64,000 nucleotides of DNA from the human T2T-CHM13v2.0 reference genome, Homo sapiens. How positions within the stretch are numbered: position 1 is the first letter of the stretch; every line of letters begins with the position of its first letter. The stretch lies in assembly GCF_009914755.1 (NCBI RefSeq), contig NC_060936.1; one strand, 5' to 3'. The notes below the pieces were generated by a model. It was not told where the DNA came from. It ran no database searches and saw only the letters and a list, made by a program, of their open reading frames with translations. Below, piece after piece: positions 1 through 17,956 of this stretch. The position numbers and the translations under genes were made by a program.

Positions 1-1215
1 TGCACTGCTGGGCATTCCTGGCCAGCCCCGGCCCTCTGGTGCCTGCTTCCTGTGACTTCAGAAGGCAGGTGGACAGAGCCTCCCTCTGGCCTTGTCCTCT
101 TCCCAGCCACAGAACGGGCAGGGTGGCACCCGACCCCAGGGGAGCAGTACCTGGTCCCCCACCCCCTCCTCCCAACCACCTCCAAGGCCAAGCTGGGTCC
201 CATAGCCAGCACGGCATGGTTCTCCCCTTCCCCCCTTCCCAGGTCAGGGGAGTTGGACAAGTAGCAGGTGTTTGTTTTTAAAGCACAGCCCTTTGGGAAA
301 GCAACACATTATTGAGACTCACTGTGATTCCCCCGGGAGTCAGACTGGCTTTGTCCTCTTCCTCTCTGGAGGGCCATGGGCCATCAGCAGGAGCTCCACA
401 TCGAGCCCCAGGCCAGAACCCCCTCCCTTTCACAGAGAGGGAACTTTATTGCACAATTGGGTGCCTTTTAGCTTTTGTGTGTTGAAATGGGCGTTTTGGA
501 AGCAAGGGTCAGGGGACAGCTTCTAAAGGTGTGAGTCTCTGACCTGAGCATCTGGGCCTCGCCTGGGCCCTTCTTCCTCCCCAGGGGTGGAAACGTGGAG
601 GGGCCAGCAGCACCCCGGGGTCTGCCCAGGGGAGTCAAGGCCCCGAGGTGGGGGGGCCTATTCCAGGAGGAGTGGGATCTCGGCCCTGTCCAGAGCGAGT
701 TAATGTGTCCATCTGCCCAACCCTGTCCTGAGAAAGGACCTGGTTTTGGCCAGGACCTGACAAATACCCAATGGCAGCAGTGTCAACAGACGGGAGTCCA
801 GCCAGGGTGGGTGCCCTTGTCATTGAGGTTAGGGACAGCTATCCCCAGGTTATGCCTGGCCCCACCCAGCAGGGAGTTGGGGTCCCCCCACAGGCTGTGA
901 GCTCTGTGGGCCCTGGGATGTGATCTAGCTCAGATGCCTTCTCATCCTTGATGTCATAGTTGAGTGCACCCAAGTGGCACCCACTGGCGGCCAGGGGCAC
1001 AGCCTGGTGGTGGTGGCAATAGAACTGTGCCCCTCCTCAGCTCCTCGCTTCCCCTCCCACAGCCCCAGCCTTACTCCACCATGCGGACAATCATTTTGTA
1101 CGGATCACGGGAGCAATGCTGTACGGTTTTGTACACTGGTGGTTTGTTTCCTAGAAAACCCATTGTGTCTCTGGATTTCTAGCACATTACTAAAAGAGCC
1201 TCTGCTTTGTAAACA
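1..1215 (+). other. TPCN1: Probable distal 3'UTR of TPCN1 (two-pore channel 1), ending near a variant poly(A) signal
   Basis: Repeat-free non-coding sequence; three TGTA motifs (1097, 1120, 1130), ACTAAA at 1189-1194 and GT-rich downstream sequence. No coding sequence is present, so the gene name rests only on recalled synteny with SLC8B1. Confidence 0.6.
1189..1194 (+). terminator. Variant poly(A) signal ACTAAA (plus-strand transcript)
   Basis: ACTAAA preceded by a TGTA cluster and followed by TG/T-rich sequence (1200-1255). Confidence 0.5.
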
Positions 1216-1417
1216 TGGCTGCTGCCTCTTGACTTCTGTGGCTTTGGGTATTGTCGGGAGAGTGGCCCCATCCAAGGCCATGGCCATTCCTGATCCTGCC
1301 TCAGCCCCACCCCGAGCTGTGCCCTGGGGTCAGCCACTTGGCACTGGCCCCAGGTGAGGAAGAACTGGTAAAAGTTGGGGGTGTCATTTTCTCTACACTT
1401 GAAATTTTGACTTTTTT

Positions 1418-1423
1418 TTTATT
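1418..1423 (-). terminator. SLC8B1 distal poly(A) signal AATAAA
   Basis: tttatt on + strand, ~1 kb after the stop codon. Confidence 0.7.
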
Positions 1424-1830
1424 TGGAAAAGAGACAGTTGAATCCCTTTTCTTTACCAGCATAAGGCAGTCAGGCAAACCTAAGAGTTGCTTATTTCGGC
1501 AACATAAGGCGGGGTCATTGCATGACAGCAAGAAGGCACGAGGTCCCCTCATCTGTCCTTTCCCAGCTCGCAGGCCTTGGAACCCCGCCCAGGGCCCCGC
1601 TGAGGGAGGCACAGGCACAGTCCTACCGACTCCTGCCTGGCAGCTGGAGGAGCCCAGGTTCCAGCACAAAGGAGTCTGTGGACAGGCAGGGGCAGAATCC
1701 TGGAGGGAGCGCCTGAGCCACCATCCCATGTGGCAGCTGCTGGCGTAGCAGTGCCTCGGGCTGGCATCGTTTTGGAAGCAAGTGGGTTCAGTGAAGTGTG
1801 TTGCCACGAATAGCACCCGCTGCTTTTGGC

Positions 1831-1836
1831 TTTATT
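1831..1836 (-). terminator. SLC8B1 candidate proximal poly(A) signal AATAAA
   Basis: tttatt on + strand inside the 3'UTR. Confidence 0.45.
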
Positions 1837-2404
1837 AACGTGGCAAGGAGAAATTCAAAATTAAGTATGTCTCGAATTCTGTTTGTGGCAGATGGTGCGG
1901 CTCTGGAGCTCAGCCCTCGGCGGCCTGATTCCCAGGGGTCCAAGCCACCCTCATTCTCTGAGTCAGGGTTGGGCAGCCACTTGTGTCCTGAGAAGGTGCC
2001 AGAAGGCCTGAAGCCCAGGCAAGGGGAACGGGCAGTGCCTGTGCCTCGGGGGTACCTCCAGCATGGCCTGGAGCACATCCAGCCATCCCCTTCCCCCAAA
2101 CTCCAGCCCTTCTCAGAGGGGCTCTGGGGGTCATTCAAGGGGGACTTCTAGCTTCTCTCTGGAACCCTTTGTCCAGAGCAAAGCCAGGTTTCCAAGGTCC
2201 CCACGGCAAGGCTGTTGGGTGCTGGCAGCAAGAGGTACACAGCAGTTCTCCCAGCTCACAGCAGTGACCTCAGATCTCCAGCAGCAAGGGCCGCACTCTC
2301 GTGCCCACAAGGGCCTTGCAGAAATGCTCCGGTCCCTGGGCCTCCCCCGGCAGGAGGGGCGGGGCTCCTGCCTGCAGTGAGGCCACAGCACTAAGCGGCT
2401 TCAG

Positions 2405-2602
2405 TCACATGCTTTTCAGGTGAATCACTCCAAATTCAGTGAGGAGGGCCACGACAAGGAAGTTCAGGTAGAAGAGGAGCAGGCAGAAGCCATAGACTCT
2501 GCTGAGCTGGAAGCACTGCAATGGGACTGAGACCAGGGAGAAGACGAGGCTGAGCCCCAGGGCGCCTGCCAGGACCCACACCAGCAGTCCGTCTGGCTCC
2601 AG
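2405..2602 (-). CDS. SLC8B1: SLC8B1 last coding exon (exon 16): LEPDGLLVW...GVIHLKSM*
   Basis: Acceptor ttccacag|CTG; 198 nt = 65 aa + TGA; matches the NCLX C-terminus. Confidence 0.96.
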   Translation of the reverse strand: MEPDGLLVWVLAGALGLSLVFSLVSVPLQCFQLSRVYGFCLLLFYLNFLVVALLTEFGVIHLKSM

Positions 2603-2670
2603 CTGTGGAAGAATGAGGGGAGAGAGGCTGAGTCACTGCCCGTCACAGGCCCCGCCCCGTCTGTGGCCAA

Positions 2671-2823
2671 CACAACAATGCAGCCTCAACAACAATGCAG
2701 CCTCAACAACAATGCAGCCTCAGCAACAATGCAGCCTCAGCAACAATGCAGCCTCAACAACAATCCAGCCTCAACAACAATGCACCCTCAACAACAATGC
2801 ACCCTCAACAACAATGCAATCTC
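2671..2823 (+). repeat. 17-bp minisatellite (AACAACAATGCAGCCTC) x9
   Basis: Units start at 2671, 2688, 2705, 2722, 2739, 2756, 2773, 2790 and 2807, with 0-2 substitutions each. Confidence 0.95.
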
Positions 2824-2824
2824 A

Positions 2825-3141
2825 GCCGAGCACAGTGGCTCATGCCTGTAATTCCAGCACTTTGGGAGGCTGAGGCAGGTGGATCACCTGAGGTCAGGAG
2901 TTCGACCTGTATTGGCCAGGAGTTCGAGACCACTGGCCAATACAGTGAAACCCTGTATCTACTAAAAATACAAAAATTAGCCAGACATGGCAGTGTGCTA
3001 CTGGGGAGGCTGAGGCAGGAGAATCACTTGAACTCAGGAGGCGGAGGTTGCAGTAAGCCGACATCGTGCTACTGCACTCCAGCTTGGGTGATGGAGTAAG
3101 ACTCTGTCTCAAAAAATAAATAAAATAACAACAACAACAAC
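2825..3141 (+). mobile_element. AluS-type SINE with an internal rearrangement and (AAC)n tail
   Basis: Alu consensus motifs; A-rich tail; followed by one more 17-mer unit at 3142-3158. Confidence 0.92.
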
Positions 3142-3460
3142 AACAACAATGCAGCCTCAACAGTGTTTGAGGGCACCAGCTGGGGGCCACTTAAGGAAGA
3201 CTGGCCTGCAGCAGCCCGGCCTGCCCTGTGGGATGGCATGCCCCACCCTGAAGTTACCCAGACGTGGCCCCAGAAGTTTCCAGACGCAGAAACAGCAGGG
3301 AAAAGGAACCTTCTCTTCCAACTTCAGCCAGGTCCACCTGCCTGGGTGCCTCTCCCCTGCCTCGAGTCAGATGTCATTATAATTCCCTCTGTTTTTAATG
3401 CTGAACTCTAGTCAACGACATGCACAAGCGGATGTTCACCACTTACTGTGAAATGCATCA

Positions 3461-4267
<807 letters not shown>

Positions 4268-4697
4268 CATAAGGTTTTTGAAGAAATGGCAGCTATAAGT
4301 ATCTACTGAGTGCCTGCTCTATGCCAGGCATTGTGCGAAGGGCCTAACAGGCACTGTCGTCTTTGATCTAACAATAGTCTTGTATGGTGGGTACTAGGAT
4401 GGACTCCATTTTACAGATGAGGAAACCAAGACCCTTAGACTTGACTGACTTGTCCAAGGTGCTCAGCAGCACTGGGCCTGGCACCTCTGCCTGACTCTGA
4501 ACTTGGGAGGATGCCGCCTTCTGGGTGAAGGAGGGGATGGATGAATGATAAAGGAGTGGCAGCAGCAGAAATGAATGAGCGAGAGCCAAAGTGTCAGGCA
4601 CAAGACAGGCTCCTCTGCGGGAGGAGGAGCTGACAGCAACTCCCGTTCTCTAGAACTGGGGAGGAGCCTGCAGATTTCAGCTGCAGGTTTTTATATG

Positions 4698-5121
4698 TGT
4701 AGTAGGATAAGTAGTGCCCCACCCCCAACAAATTCACGCCCATCCGGAAGCTCAGCATGTGGCCTTACCTGAAATAGGGTCTTTGCAAATATAATAAGCT
4801 AAGGGTTTCAAGATACAATCATCTTGGACTTAGGGTGGCCCCTAAATCCAATGACTCATGTCTCCGTAAGAAGAAGAGAGAGATGGCCATGGGAACACAG
4901 AGGCAGAGACTGCAGAGATGGGCCCACTGGGCAAGGAACGTCAGGAGCCAACAGCAGCTGGAAGAGGTGAGGAAGGATCCTCCTCTGGAGCTTGGAGGTG
5001 GCACTGCCCGGCTGATGCCCTGATTGCAGGCTTTTGGCTTCCAGAACTGGGAGAGACTCAATTTCTGCTGTTGTCAGCCCCCTGGTTTGTGGTCAGTTAT
5101 GGCAGCACTAGGGAACTAACA
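4698..5121 (+). mobile_element. MaLR solo LTR (MLT1-type)
   Basis: MLT1-like motifs GAAATAGGGTCTTTGCA, TTCCAGAACTG and end GGAACTAACACA; subfamily not determined. Confidence 0.75.
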
Positions 5122-5601
5122 CTATCTATGGTATACATGTCACACATGGTTGCTGACATATTTTCAAGCAGTACAGAAGAGTAAAAGGGACTGAAATGTC
5201 CCCTCCCCGCTTCTCTTCCTTCCACACTTAGCAGGTATATCCAACACGCAGTGAAGACATGAGGTACCGTGTGGGCTGTTTCTAGGCACCGTGGCGTTTC
5301 GTCTTCCCAGCCACCTGCATCCTCCTCGTCTCCAACCCACAGATGAAGAAACTGACAGAGTAAGTGACAGAGCCCAAATCCAAGTGCAAGCTCTTAACCA
5401 ATGCCTATCCTCCTCCCCATGGGATGCCATATTACACACGCCTGTGGACACACACACCTCTAGACATGTACATCAATTCTGAAAACAGAGATGGGACCGT
5501 ACAATAGGTAAGTGTTTCAAAGCGACTTGTGGTTTTCAACCAACGGTACACCATGGACATCCTTCCATGTTGATGTCTCATGCCATTTAACGGCAGGAGC
5601 G

Positions 5602-5780
5602 TTTCCTAAACTCAGCACAAAGGTGGTAGACACACGCGCACACACACACACACATTTCCTAAACTCAGCACAAAGGTGGTAGACACACACACACACACGT
5701 ACACACACACACACACTTCCTAAACTCAGCACAAAGGCGGTGGACACACACACACACACACACACACACGCGCGCGCACA
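5602..5780 (+). repeat. Compound tandem repeat: 3 x (TTCCTAAACTCAGCACAAAGGYGGTRGA + variable (CA)n/(CG)n)
   Basis: Three near-identical ~28-bp units, each followed by a CA-rich tract. Confidence 0.93.
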
Positions 5781-6508
5781 GGAGAAAAGAGGAAATAGGT
5801 CCCCTGAGGAGCCAACCCTAAAGCCTCATTACCTGGAACTACCCTAGAATCTATCATGAAAGGGAACCTATTAAACCCATAAAGAGGGACAACAAAGTTT
5901 GCAGAGGGTGTTTACCTTTCAGAAAAGAAAATTTCAAGCCCTAAGTAGCTGTTTGCTTGTGGGCATGGCCAGTGTGAAAGAAACACCCTGCCCCCGGCTA
6001 ACAGGCTCTGCCGAGAGCCTATTCAACAACTCGTGCCTCTGGGAGAAACGGGTGACTTTATTCAGCTTCATAACACTCAAAGAGCTTTCCCATGGCGAGG
6101 CTTAAAACCAACCCCCAGGCCATCTCTTCCTCCCCAGCCTACGTCTTCCTTGCTGAGTCTCTGGACTCAAGTCCTCCAGAATAGAGATGCAGGGATGGGA
6201 CTGCCAGCGGCTCAGGGGTCCAATCTGCCTCATATGCACAGGGTTTTGTTTGCATGTGAGGCAGATTTTCGAATAGAAAAAAATTCACTTAGGAATCTTG
6301 ATTTCTTCTCTAGAGGACCTGGAATATCTGGCCACATGCTACCTACCCAAATCACCCACACATCTCTGTCACCTCCCCTGTGGGCAGTGCTGGGATATGG
6401 TGCTCAGTCTGGCCCTTCCGCTGCGTGCTTATCCAGGAAGCTCAGCTGGTGTCATCAATCTCATTTTATAGGGGAGGAAATTGAGGCCCAGAGATGTCCT
6501 AACTCCAT

Positions 6509-6806
<298 letters not shown>

Positions 6807-6947
6807 AAGATGTCCTAGCTCACTCAAAGTCATACAGCCAGGGACTTAAGTGATGGGACCCAGATCCAAAGCCAGGGCCTTCCTGCCCCTTCCCCATCAA
6901 GCTACATCTTGGTTATATACACTTGTAAACTTACAAGGAATACTCAC

Positions 6948-7012
6948 CTTCACTTCTGTGTGGCTTCGGGAGATCTGGAGCAGGCAGCCCAGCCCCACAC
7001 CCACGAGGATGT
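6948..7012 (-). CDS. SLC8B1: SLC8B1 exon 15: (N)ILVGVGLGCLLQISRSHTEVK
   Basis: ggctgcag|AC...AAG|gtgagt; 65 nt, in frame with neighbouring exons. Confidence 0.95.
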
Positions 7013-9122
<2,110 letters not shown>

Positions 9123-9203
9123 TGAAGATGATGCCGCCAAAGCAGGCGGAGAACGCCATCCGTGGGTAGCCCTGGCGAGCCAGTGTGAAATCCGAGAAGG
9201 CAT
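9123..9203 (-). CDS. SLC8B1: SLC8B1 exon 14: (D)[26 protein letters not shown] (second part of the alpha-2 repeat)
   Basis: tgtgcag|AT...TTCA|gtatcctt; 81 nt. Confidence 0.96.
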
Positions 9204-9416
9204 CTGCACAGGAACAAGAGGGGCCTGCAGTGGTGAGTCGCTTCCCCCACCCTCCCTGGTCATCCACGCCTTCATTCTCACCCACGGTCATTCAGGCAAC
9301 AAACACAGATGGATGCCCAAGTGTGCCTGGGCACTAGCTGGTGGGGTGCTGTGTGAGGGGGCACAGCATCTGGGAAGACACACTTCCCTCCTTAATTCCT
9401 TTACCCCACTCTTTCA

Positions 9417-9800
<384 letters not shown>

Positions 9801-10314
9801 TCATCTGCTGGTAACATGCACAGCACCTCCACATGAATAAGAAGAAGGTGCTCAAAAAGGTAAGTGGAAGGAGGGGCTAGATTTCAGCTCCCTCATCCTC
9901 TTGTCTGGATGCTCTGGAGCAGTGCATAACCTGGCCAACCACACCTGGCTGCTACAGCTAGGGAAGGGTGTATGTATGTAAGTGTGAATGCCTGCATGTC
10001 ACACACCCGTGTACACATCAAGCACGGCCGGCTGCAATGGGCTCCATGTCCTGCCTGAACTCTGGGAGCCACCGACCATCCCCGCATCAGAGGGTGGGGA
10101 AGAGGCAGGGGCCTCTATAGAGTTTCTTGGTCCAACTGCAGTCAGGGCCATCTCACCCCAATGCTGGCCACTCCACAGTGACAGGGGACACTGCACAGGT
10201 GCAGAGGGCAGACACCCTGGACACTCCTGCCCAGATGCGACTCTGGCTGGGGGAGGAAAGAGCTAAGATGTGGCCGCACTCACCCCCACTCAACCCCACC
10301 CAGCCCTGAGTCAC

Positions 10315-10468
10315 CTCCAATGCTGTTCCCCCAGGCCAGCAGCGTGAGCCCCAGCACAGTGTTGCTCAGCCGGAAGACCACACCCAGGGACCGCAAGATG
10401 TTCACCACCTCTGTGGCGGCCGCGTTGATCCACAGGGCGCTGGTCAGAAAGCCCAGGAAAGCAAAGAG
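10315..10468 (-). CDS. SLC8B1: SLC8B1 exon 13: LFAFLGFLTS...GLTLLAWGNSIG (alpha-2 repeat)
   Basis: tccgcag|CTC...GGAG|gtgact; 154 nt; cation/Ca2+ exchanger alpha-repeat motif. Confidence 0.96.
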
Positions 10469-10828
10469 CTGCGGAGGGAATGGTTTGCTGTGGGACCAAG
10501 GCCAGCCCCAACAGGAACACAGCCTCAGTTCCTCACCTGTGAAACGGGATGATAACAGTATCTACCTCATGAGCTTATTATGAGTATAAAACACGTTACT
10601 ATATGCATTGGTGCCTGTGCAAAGTTAGTGCTCAATAAAACGTGAGTTCAATATTATTTTCTTTTTTCCTTAATAAACTCCCTTTCAGGCCGGGCACGGT
10701 GGCTCACCGCCTGTAATCGCAGCACTTTGGGAGGCCGAGGCGGGCAGATCACCTGAGGTCAGGAGTTCGAGACCAACTTGGCCAACATGGTGAAACCTTG
10801 TCTCTACTAAAAATACAAAAATTAGTCA

Positions 10829-11014
<186 letters not shown>

Positions 11015-11480
11015 CTAAAAAAAAATATTATTTTGTCTGGAAAGGGTTCCTTATCACTTTCATCAGATTTCCAGTCTATGAACCAAATACCACCCATCAT
11101 CCCAATAAGTATCCCTGTACTCATTAGCGGTCACTCCCTAGCCCCACCCCACCAGCCCAACTCGACCACTACTCTGCTCTCTGTCTCTCTGAATGTGCCT
11201 CGTGGACATTTCACATCAATGGAATGCCACAGTGTGTGATCCTCTGCTACAGTCTTCTCTCACTCAGCATCATGTTTTCAAGGGTGATCCATGTTGTGGC
11301 ACACGTCGGTACTTGAAAAAACAGTGAAAGACAATTTTCCCTAAGTAGTAAAAGGCAACTTCCCTAAATGATCCATTTGCTGAAAATTCAACACCCTTCG
11401 GTTGGTACATTCATTGAGTTTCCAAAAGTAAAAACTAAAATTTTAAAAAATCATTAAGCACTAAACAATGAAAATTTTAA

Positions 11481-11961
<481 letters not shown>

Positions 11962-12022
11962 TAAGTAAACTTTTAAGGAAAAAGTCTCTGGACAAACCCC
12001 TAAATATTCTTTAGAGTGCCTA

Positions 12023-12665
<643 letters not shown>

Positions 12666-12857
12666 TTACCAAAAAAAAAAAGAAAAAAACCCTGTATAGA
12701 TACAAACACTCTCAAAAGCAGCTTTAAAGTTCGGTTACCTGTCTTTGTGTGACTCCTGATCAAACTGGTCAAAGTGCCTCAGAGATGCAGACAGGACATC
12801 TGTGTGGGAGACATCAGCATCCCTCCCCCCCCATCTCGGAGAACCCGGGCTTCTTAC

Positions 12858-12979
12858 CCAGTGAAGCCTGGGGGGCTGGCTGTCAGATGTGGCAAAAAAG
12901 GTCACTGAAGCCAAGGCTGTGCCTGCGATCACCACCACGACCCAGACGGGAACGAGGCCGCCTATCTCATAGACACCAT
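12858..12979 (-). CDS. SLC8B1: SLC8B1 exon 12: (Y)GVYEIGGLVP...QPPRLHW
   Basis: ttgcag|AT...TGG|gtaaga; 122 nt. Confidence 0.96.
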
Positions 12980-13616
12980 CTGCAAAGGGAGAGAAAGGGA
13001 GCTGATACCTTCCCAGCACCTCAACACCCACTTACAATGGACTATTTGGATGTCAGGTAGACACTTCCTATCTGCCCAGCCCTGTCCTAGACACTTCATG
13101 GGGGCAGAAAAATTTAAAATGCAGCCCCTGCCCTCAAGTTAGTCACATTTGAAAGAAAAAGAGAGACACACAAAAAAGACTCTCTCCAGCCTGTTGCTGT
13201 GGAACTAGGATAGGAATGGCTATAACCACTAACACCACCACCCTCTTCCACCTTCATGGCAGACATCACTAATCAAGCACAATACTTCCATCCAACTGCA
13301 TTTCCAGGCAGCTCCCTCCAGCCAGGCATTACCAGTAGATGGCATCGCTCCATGAGATGAACCTGACAGTCAAACCCAGCCTCTTCACTGAGAGGTACCC
13401 AAATAAGTCCACTCTCCATTAACAAATATGAAGGTTCCAGAGGCTTCATATTAAACACCAAAGGGAGACACCCTAAGGTGAGAACACTCTAGAATTCTCC
13501 ACACATCACCCTTTTCACCATTAGGAGTTGGTACTGGTCTTAAAGACGATGAATAGTTCAAATGTTCATATACCTGCATCAAGACCCTTCTTTTGTTCTT
13601 TTTTTAGTCTAGCTCA

Positions 13617-13808
<192 letters not shown>

Positions 13809-14757
13809 TCACACCTGTAATCCCAGCACTTGGGGAAGCTGAGGCGGGTGGATCACCTGAGGTCTGGAGTTCGGGACAAACCTGGCCAAGGGGCGAAACC
13901 CCGTCTCTACTAAAAATATAAAAATTAGCCGGGGGTGGTGGCACACACCTGTAGTCCCAGCTACTCAGGAGGCTAAGGCAGGAGAATCACTTGAACTCAG
14001 GAGGTGGAGGTTGCAGTGAGCTGAGATCGCACCACTGCACTCCAGCTTAGGTGACAGAGCAAGACTCCATCTCAAAAAAAAAAACAAAAACAAATTAGCT
14101 GGGCGTGGTGGTGGGCACCTGTCGTCCCAGCTACTTGGGAGGCTGAAGTGGGAGGATCACTTGAGTCCCGGGAGGTGGCGGTTGCAGTGAACCTAAATTG
14201 CATCACTGTACTCCAGCCTGGGCAACAGAGTGAGATCTTGTCTCAAAAAAAAAAATTATGTGAGTGGGCTGAATACACAAAATTGTGTACACAATATGTT
14301 ATGAGTGATTGTCAAGGGGGATTTTTTTTTTTTTTTTTTTTTTTAGACAGGGTCTCGATGTATCAACCAGGCTGGAGTGCACTGACACAATCACAGCTCA
14401 CTGCAGCCTCAAACTCCTGGGCTCAAGCCATCCTCCCACCTCAGCTTCCTGAGTAGTTGGGACTGTAGGTGTGTGCCACTGTGCCCAGCTCCTGAGATAA
14501 TTTTGCCAGCATGGGGTTTTTACCTACAGTGCCAGCTTTGGATCCAGACACCTGGGCTGGAAGTCCTTTCCATGTATTTGCCACTCCTGTGCTAGAGAAA
14601 TTTTAGGAGGTGGCTGGGGCGTGAAGACACTGAGGATCTGAGCTGAGTGTTAAGCAGAGAGGGGTGCAAGGGCTCTGTGGGAAGAGGGGAGTTGGGTAAG
14701 ATGGAATCAAGCAGATCAGGAATAGCACAGAAAAGGCTGTAGGAGGCAGTTGGCTCA

Positions 14758-15201
<444 letters not shown>

Positions 15202-15513
15202 TCAGGCTGGGAGCCAGTCCAGGGGTTTTCTCTAGACAGTGCTCAGCCCAGACGGGGGTCAAGAGTGCTTTAGCCAGAACCAGTCTTTCCCCAGGGTGGA
15301 CCTGCTACCACTAGGTGGTGTTAACGCCATGTGGTGAAGATACTACATGCTGCAGAACCGTGACTCAGGAAAGGGATTCCTTCTTCAGTTCTATCATTGT
15401 ATCAAGGAGAAAGTTTCCATTTGGTGCTAATAGGACTTGAACATCTCAAATACCTGCTCTTCTCCCTAGTACAGGCTTCCAGCTCATGGGCTTGACTTAG
15501 GAGGACCGAGTAA

Positions 15514-15948
<435 letters not shown>

Positions 15949-16459
15949 TAAAAAAAAAAAAAAAGTCTGAAGCTGGGTACAGTAGTGCATGCCTGTAGTC
16001 CCAGCTACTCAATGGAGCCCAGAAGTTCAGGACCAGCCTGGACAATACAACGAGCTGATTTAAGAAAAATATCAAATGTGGCCAGGCGCAGTGGCTCATG
16101 CTTATAATCTCAGCACTCTGGGGGAGCCGAGGTGGGTGGATCACCTGAGGTCAAGAGTTTGAGACCAGCCTGGCCGACATAGTGAAACCCCGCCTCTACT
16201 AAAAATATAAAAATTGGCCGGGCATGGTGGCGGGTGCCTGTAGTCCCAACTACTCAGAAGGCTGAGGCAGGAGAATTGCTTACCCTAGAGGTGGAGGTTG
16301 CAGTGAGCCGAGATCGTGCCACTGCACTCCAGCGTGGGTGACAGAGTGAGAGTCTGTCTCAAGAAAAACAAAGAAAAATATCAAATGTAATAGTATAGAG
16401 TAAGAGCAAAATTGAGAAGATGGTCTGTGAATGACTGATGTGTGGGAATCACTCTTTTA

Positions 16460-16615
<156 letters not shown>

Positions 16616-17956
16616 TCAGACTACGTCTCAAAATAAAATAAAATAAAAATAAATAAATAAATAAATAAAGATGCCACAACGCTTGTGAAAGCAAGTCCCT
16701 GGATTTGCCCTGGCCTGAAAGGCAAGGCTTCCCCGCTCCGTAGAGAATGGATGGAGAATGGAGGGCTGTGATGAACCAGACGGCCCTAGTGGGTGGCCCT
16801 TTTCAGCTCTGAGTCACTCTCTATCAATCATCTCTCCTCCTATCTCCTTCCCTCCATGTCTGCATCCTCCCACAAACCGGGGGAGAAATTCACAGGGAAT
16901 GTGGCAGGGAGGCTGTTTCATCCCGATGGAGTTTCATCCCGACACTGTTACAGCACACAACACCATGCCCAGCCATGCATCTGCACCAGAGTCCTACCCC
17001 CACCTCCAGGCGAAGCCCCTGGGCTGAGGGGGAGGAGCCTAGATGATAGGAAACAGACAGCATGAGATACTAAAGTTAGACAACAGGAAGAAATCTGGGT
17101 AGCAGAAGTTAGAAGACGTTGGACAAGCCTGGGCGTTTCCTCAGCCAGAGCAGGACAAGAAAGAAAAGGACATTCTGGGGCAGATGGGGAAAATTCAAAT
17201 GCCAGTGGGGACCAGCCAGGTCACATAAACGAGGGAAGGGGCACCCAACAGGCAATGGAGGGGACTGTGATGATTTAGGCCACAGGCACCCCATAGGGGG
17301 TGCCCCTTCTCTGCTCCAGCCAGTTTTGCCTTCAGGAATGTGGCCCAGATCTTGAGAAGCCAAAATCCAGATTTTAAGATAAAATCCCCCAATTTTTAAA
17401 TGCAGGCAAACAAGCTAGAGGGCTGGATTTGGCCCTGGGGTCACCTGTTTTGCAGCCTCCATCTGGGGCCAGCAAGATTGGATCAACTGACTGCAGGAGG
17501 TCCCCTGGGTGAACTTCCAGGCTGGTGTCCCTTATGGCACAAGCGCATAGTAAGCGCCTGCTGTATATCCAGGTTTCTGCCTCTAGCCCAAACCTCCCTC
17601 ACGTGGTTGAGAAGAAAACTCCACTGGCTGTGCACGGTGGCTCACGCCTGTAATCCCAGCACTTTGGAAGGCCAAGATGGGCGGATCACTTGAGGTCAGG
17701 AATTTAAGACCAGCCTGGCCAACATGGTGAAACCCCGTCTCTGTGAAAAATACAAAAATTAGCTGGGCGTGGTAGTGCACGCCTGTAATCCCAGCTGCCC
17801 AGGGGGCTTAGATGGGATGATTGCTTGAACCCGAGAGGTGGAGGGAGGTTGCAGTGAGCTGAGATCGTGCCACTGTACTCCAGCCTGGGTGGAAGAAAAC
17901 TCCAGAACGTGGGAAGGAGTAGGAAGGTGGGTTGGCCCGGGGTAGGGGATACTCAC

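Larger units (their letters stand above)
1395..2404 (-). other. SLC8B1: SLC8B1 3'UTR
   Basis: Follows the stop codon at 2405-2407; minus-strand AATAAA at 1831-1836 and 1418-1423; end position approximate. Confidence 0.75.

Noticed and set aside
1251-2391. 165-171 aa ORFs on both strands near the 3' ends
   Set aside because: Lie in the SLC8B1 3'UTR or the intergenic gap, have no recognisable homology and mostly use non-ATG starts
2613-3099. Gln/Asn-rich ORFs (MQPQQQCSL repeats)
   Set aside because: Translation of the 17-bp minisatellite running into an Alu; the unit length is not a multiple of 3
5602-5780. Repeat-spacer-repeat pattern resembling a CRISPR array
   Set aside because: The spacers are (CA)n microsatellite, there are only three units, the context is a eukaryotic intron and there are no cas genes
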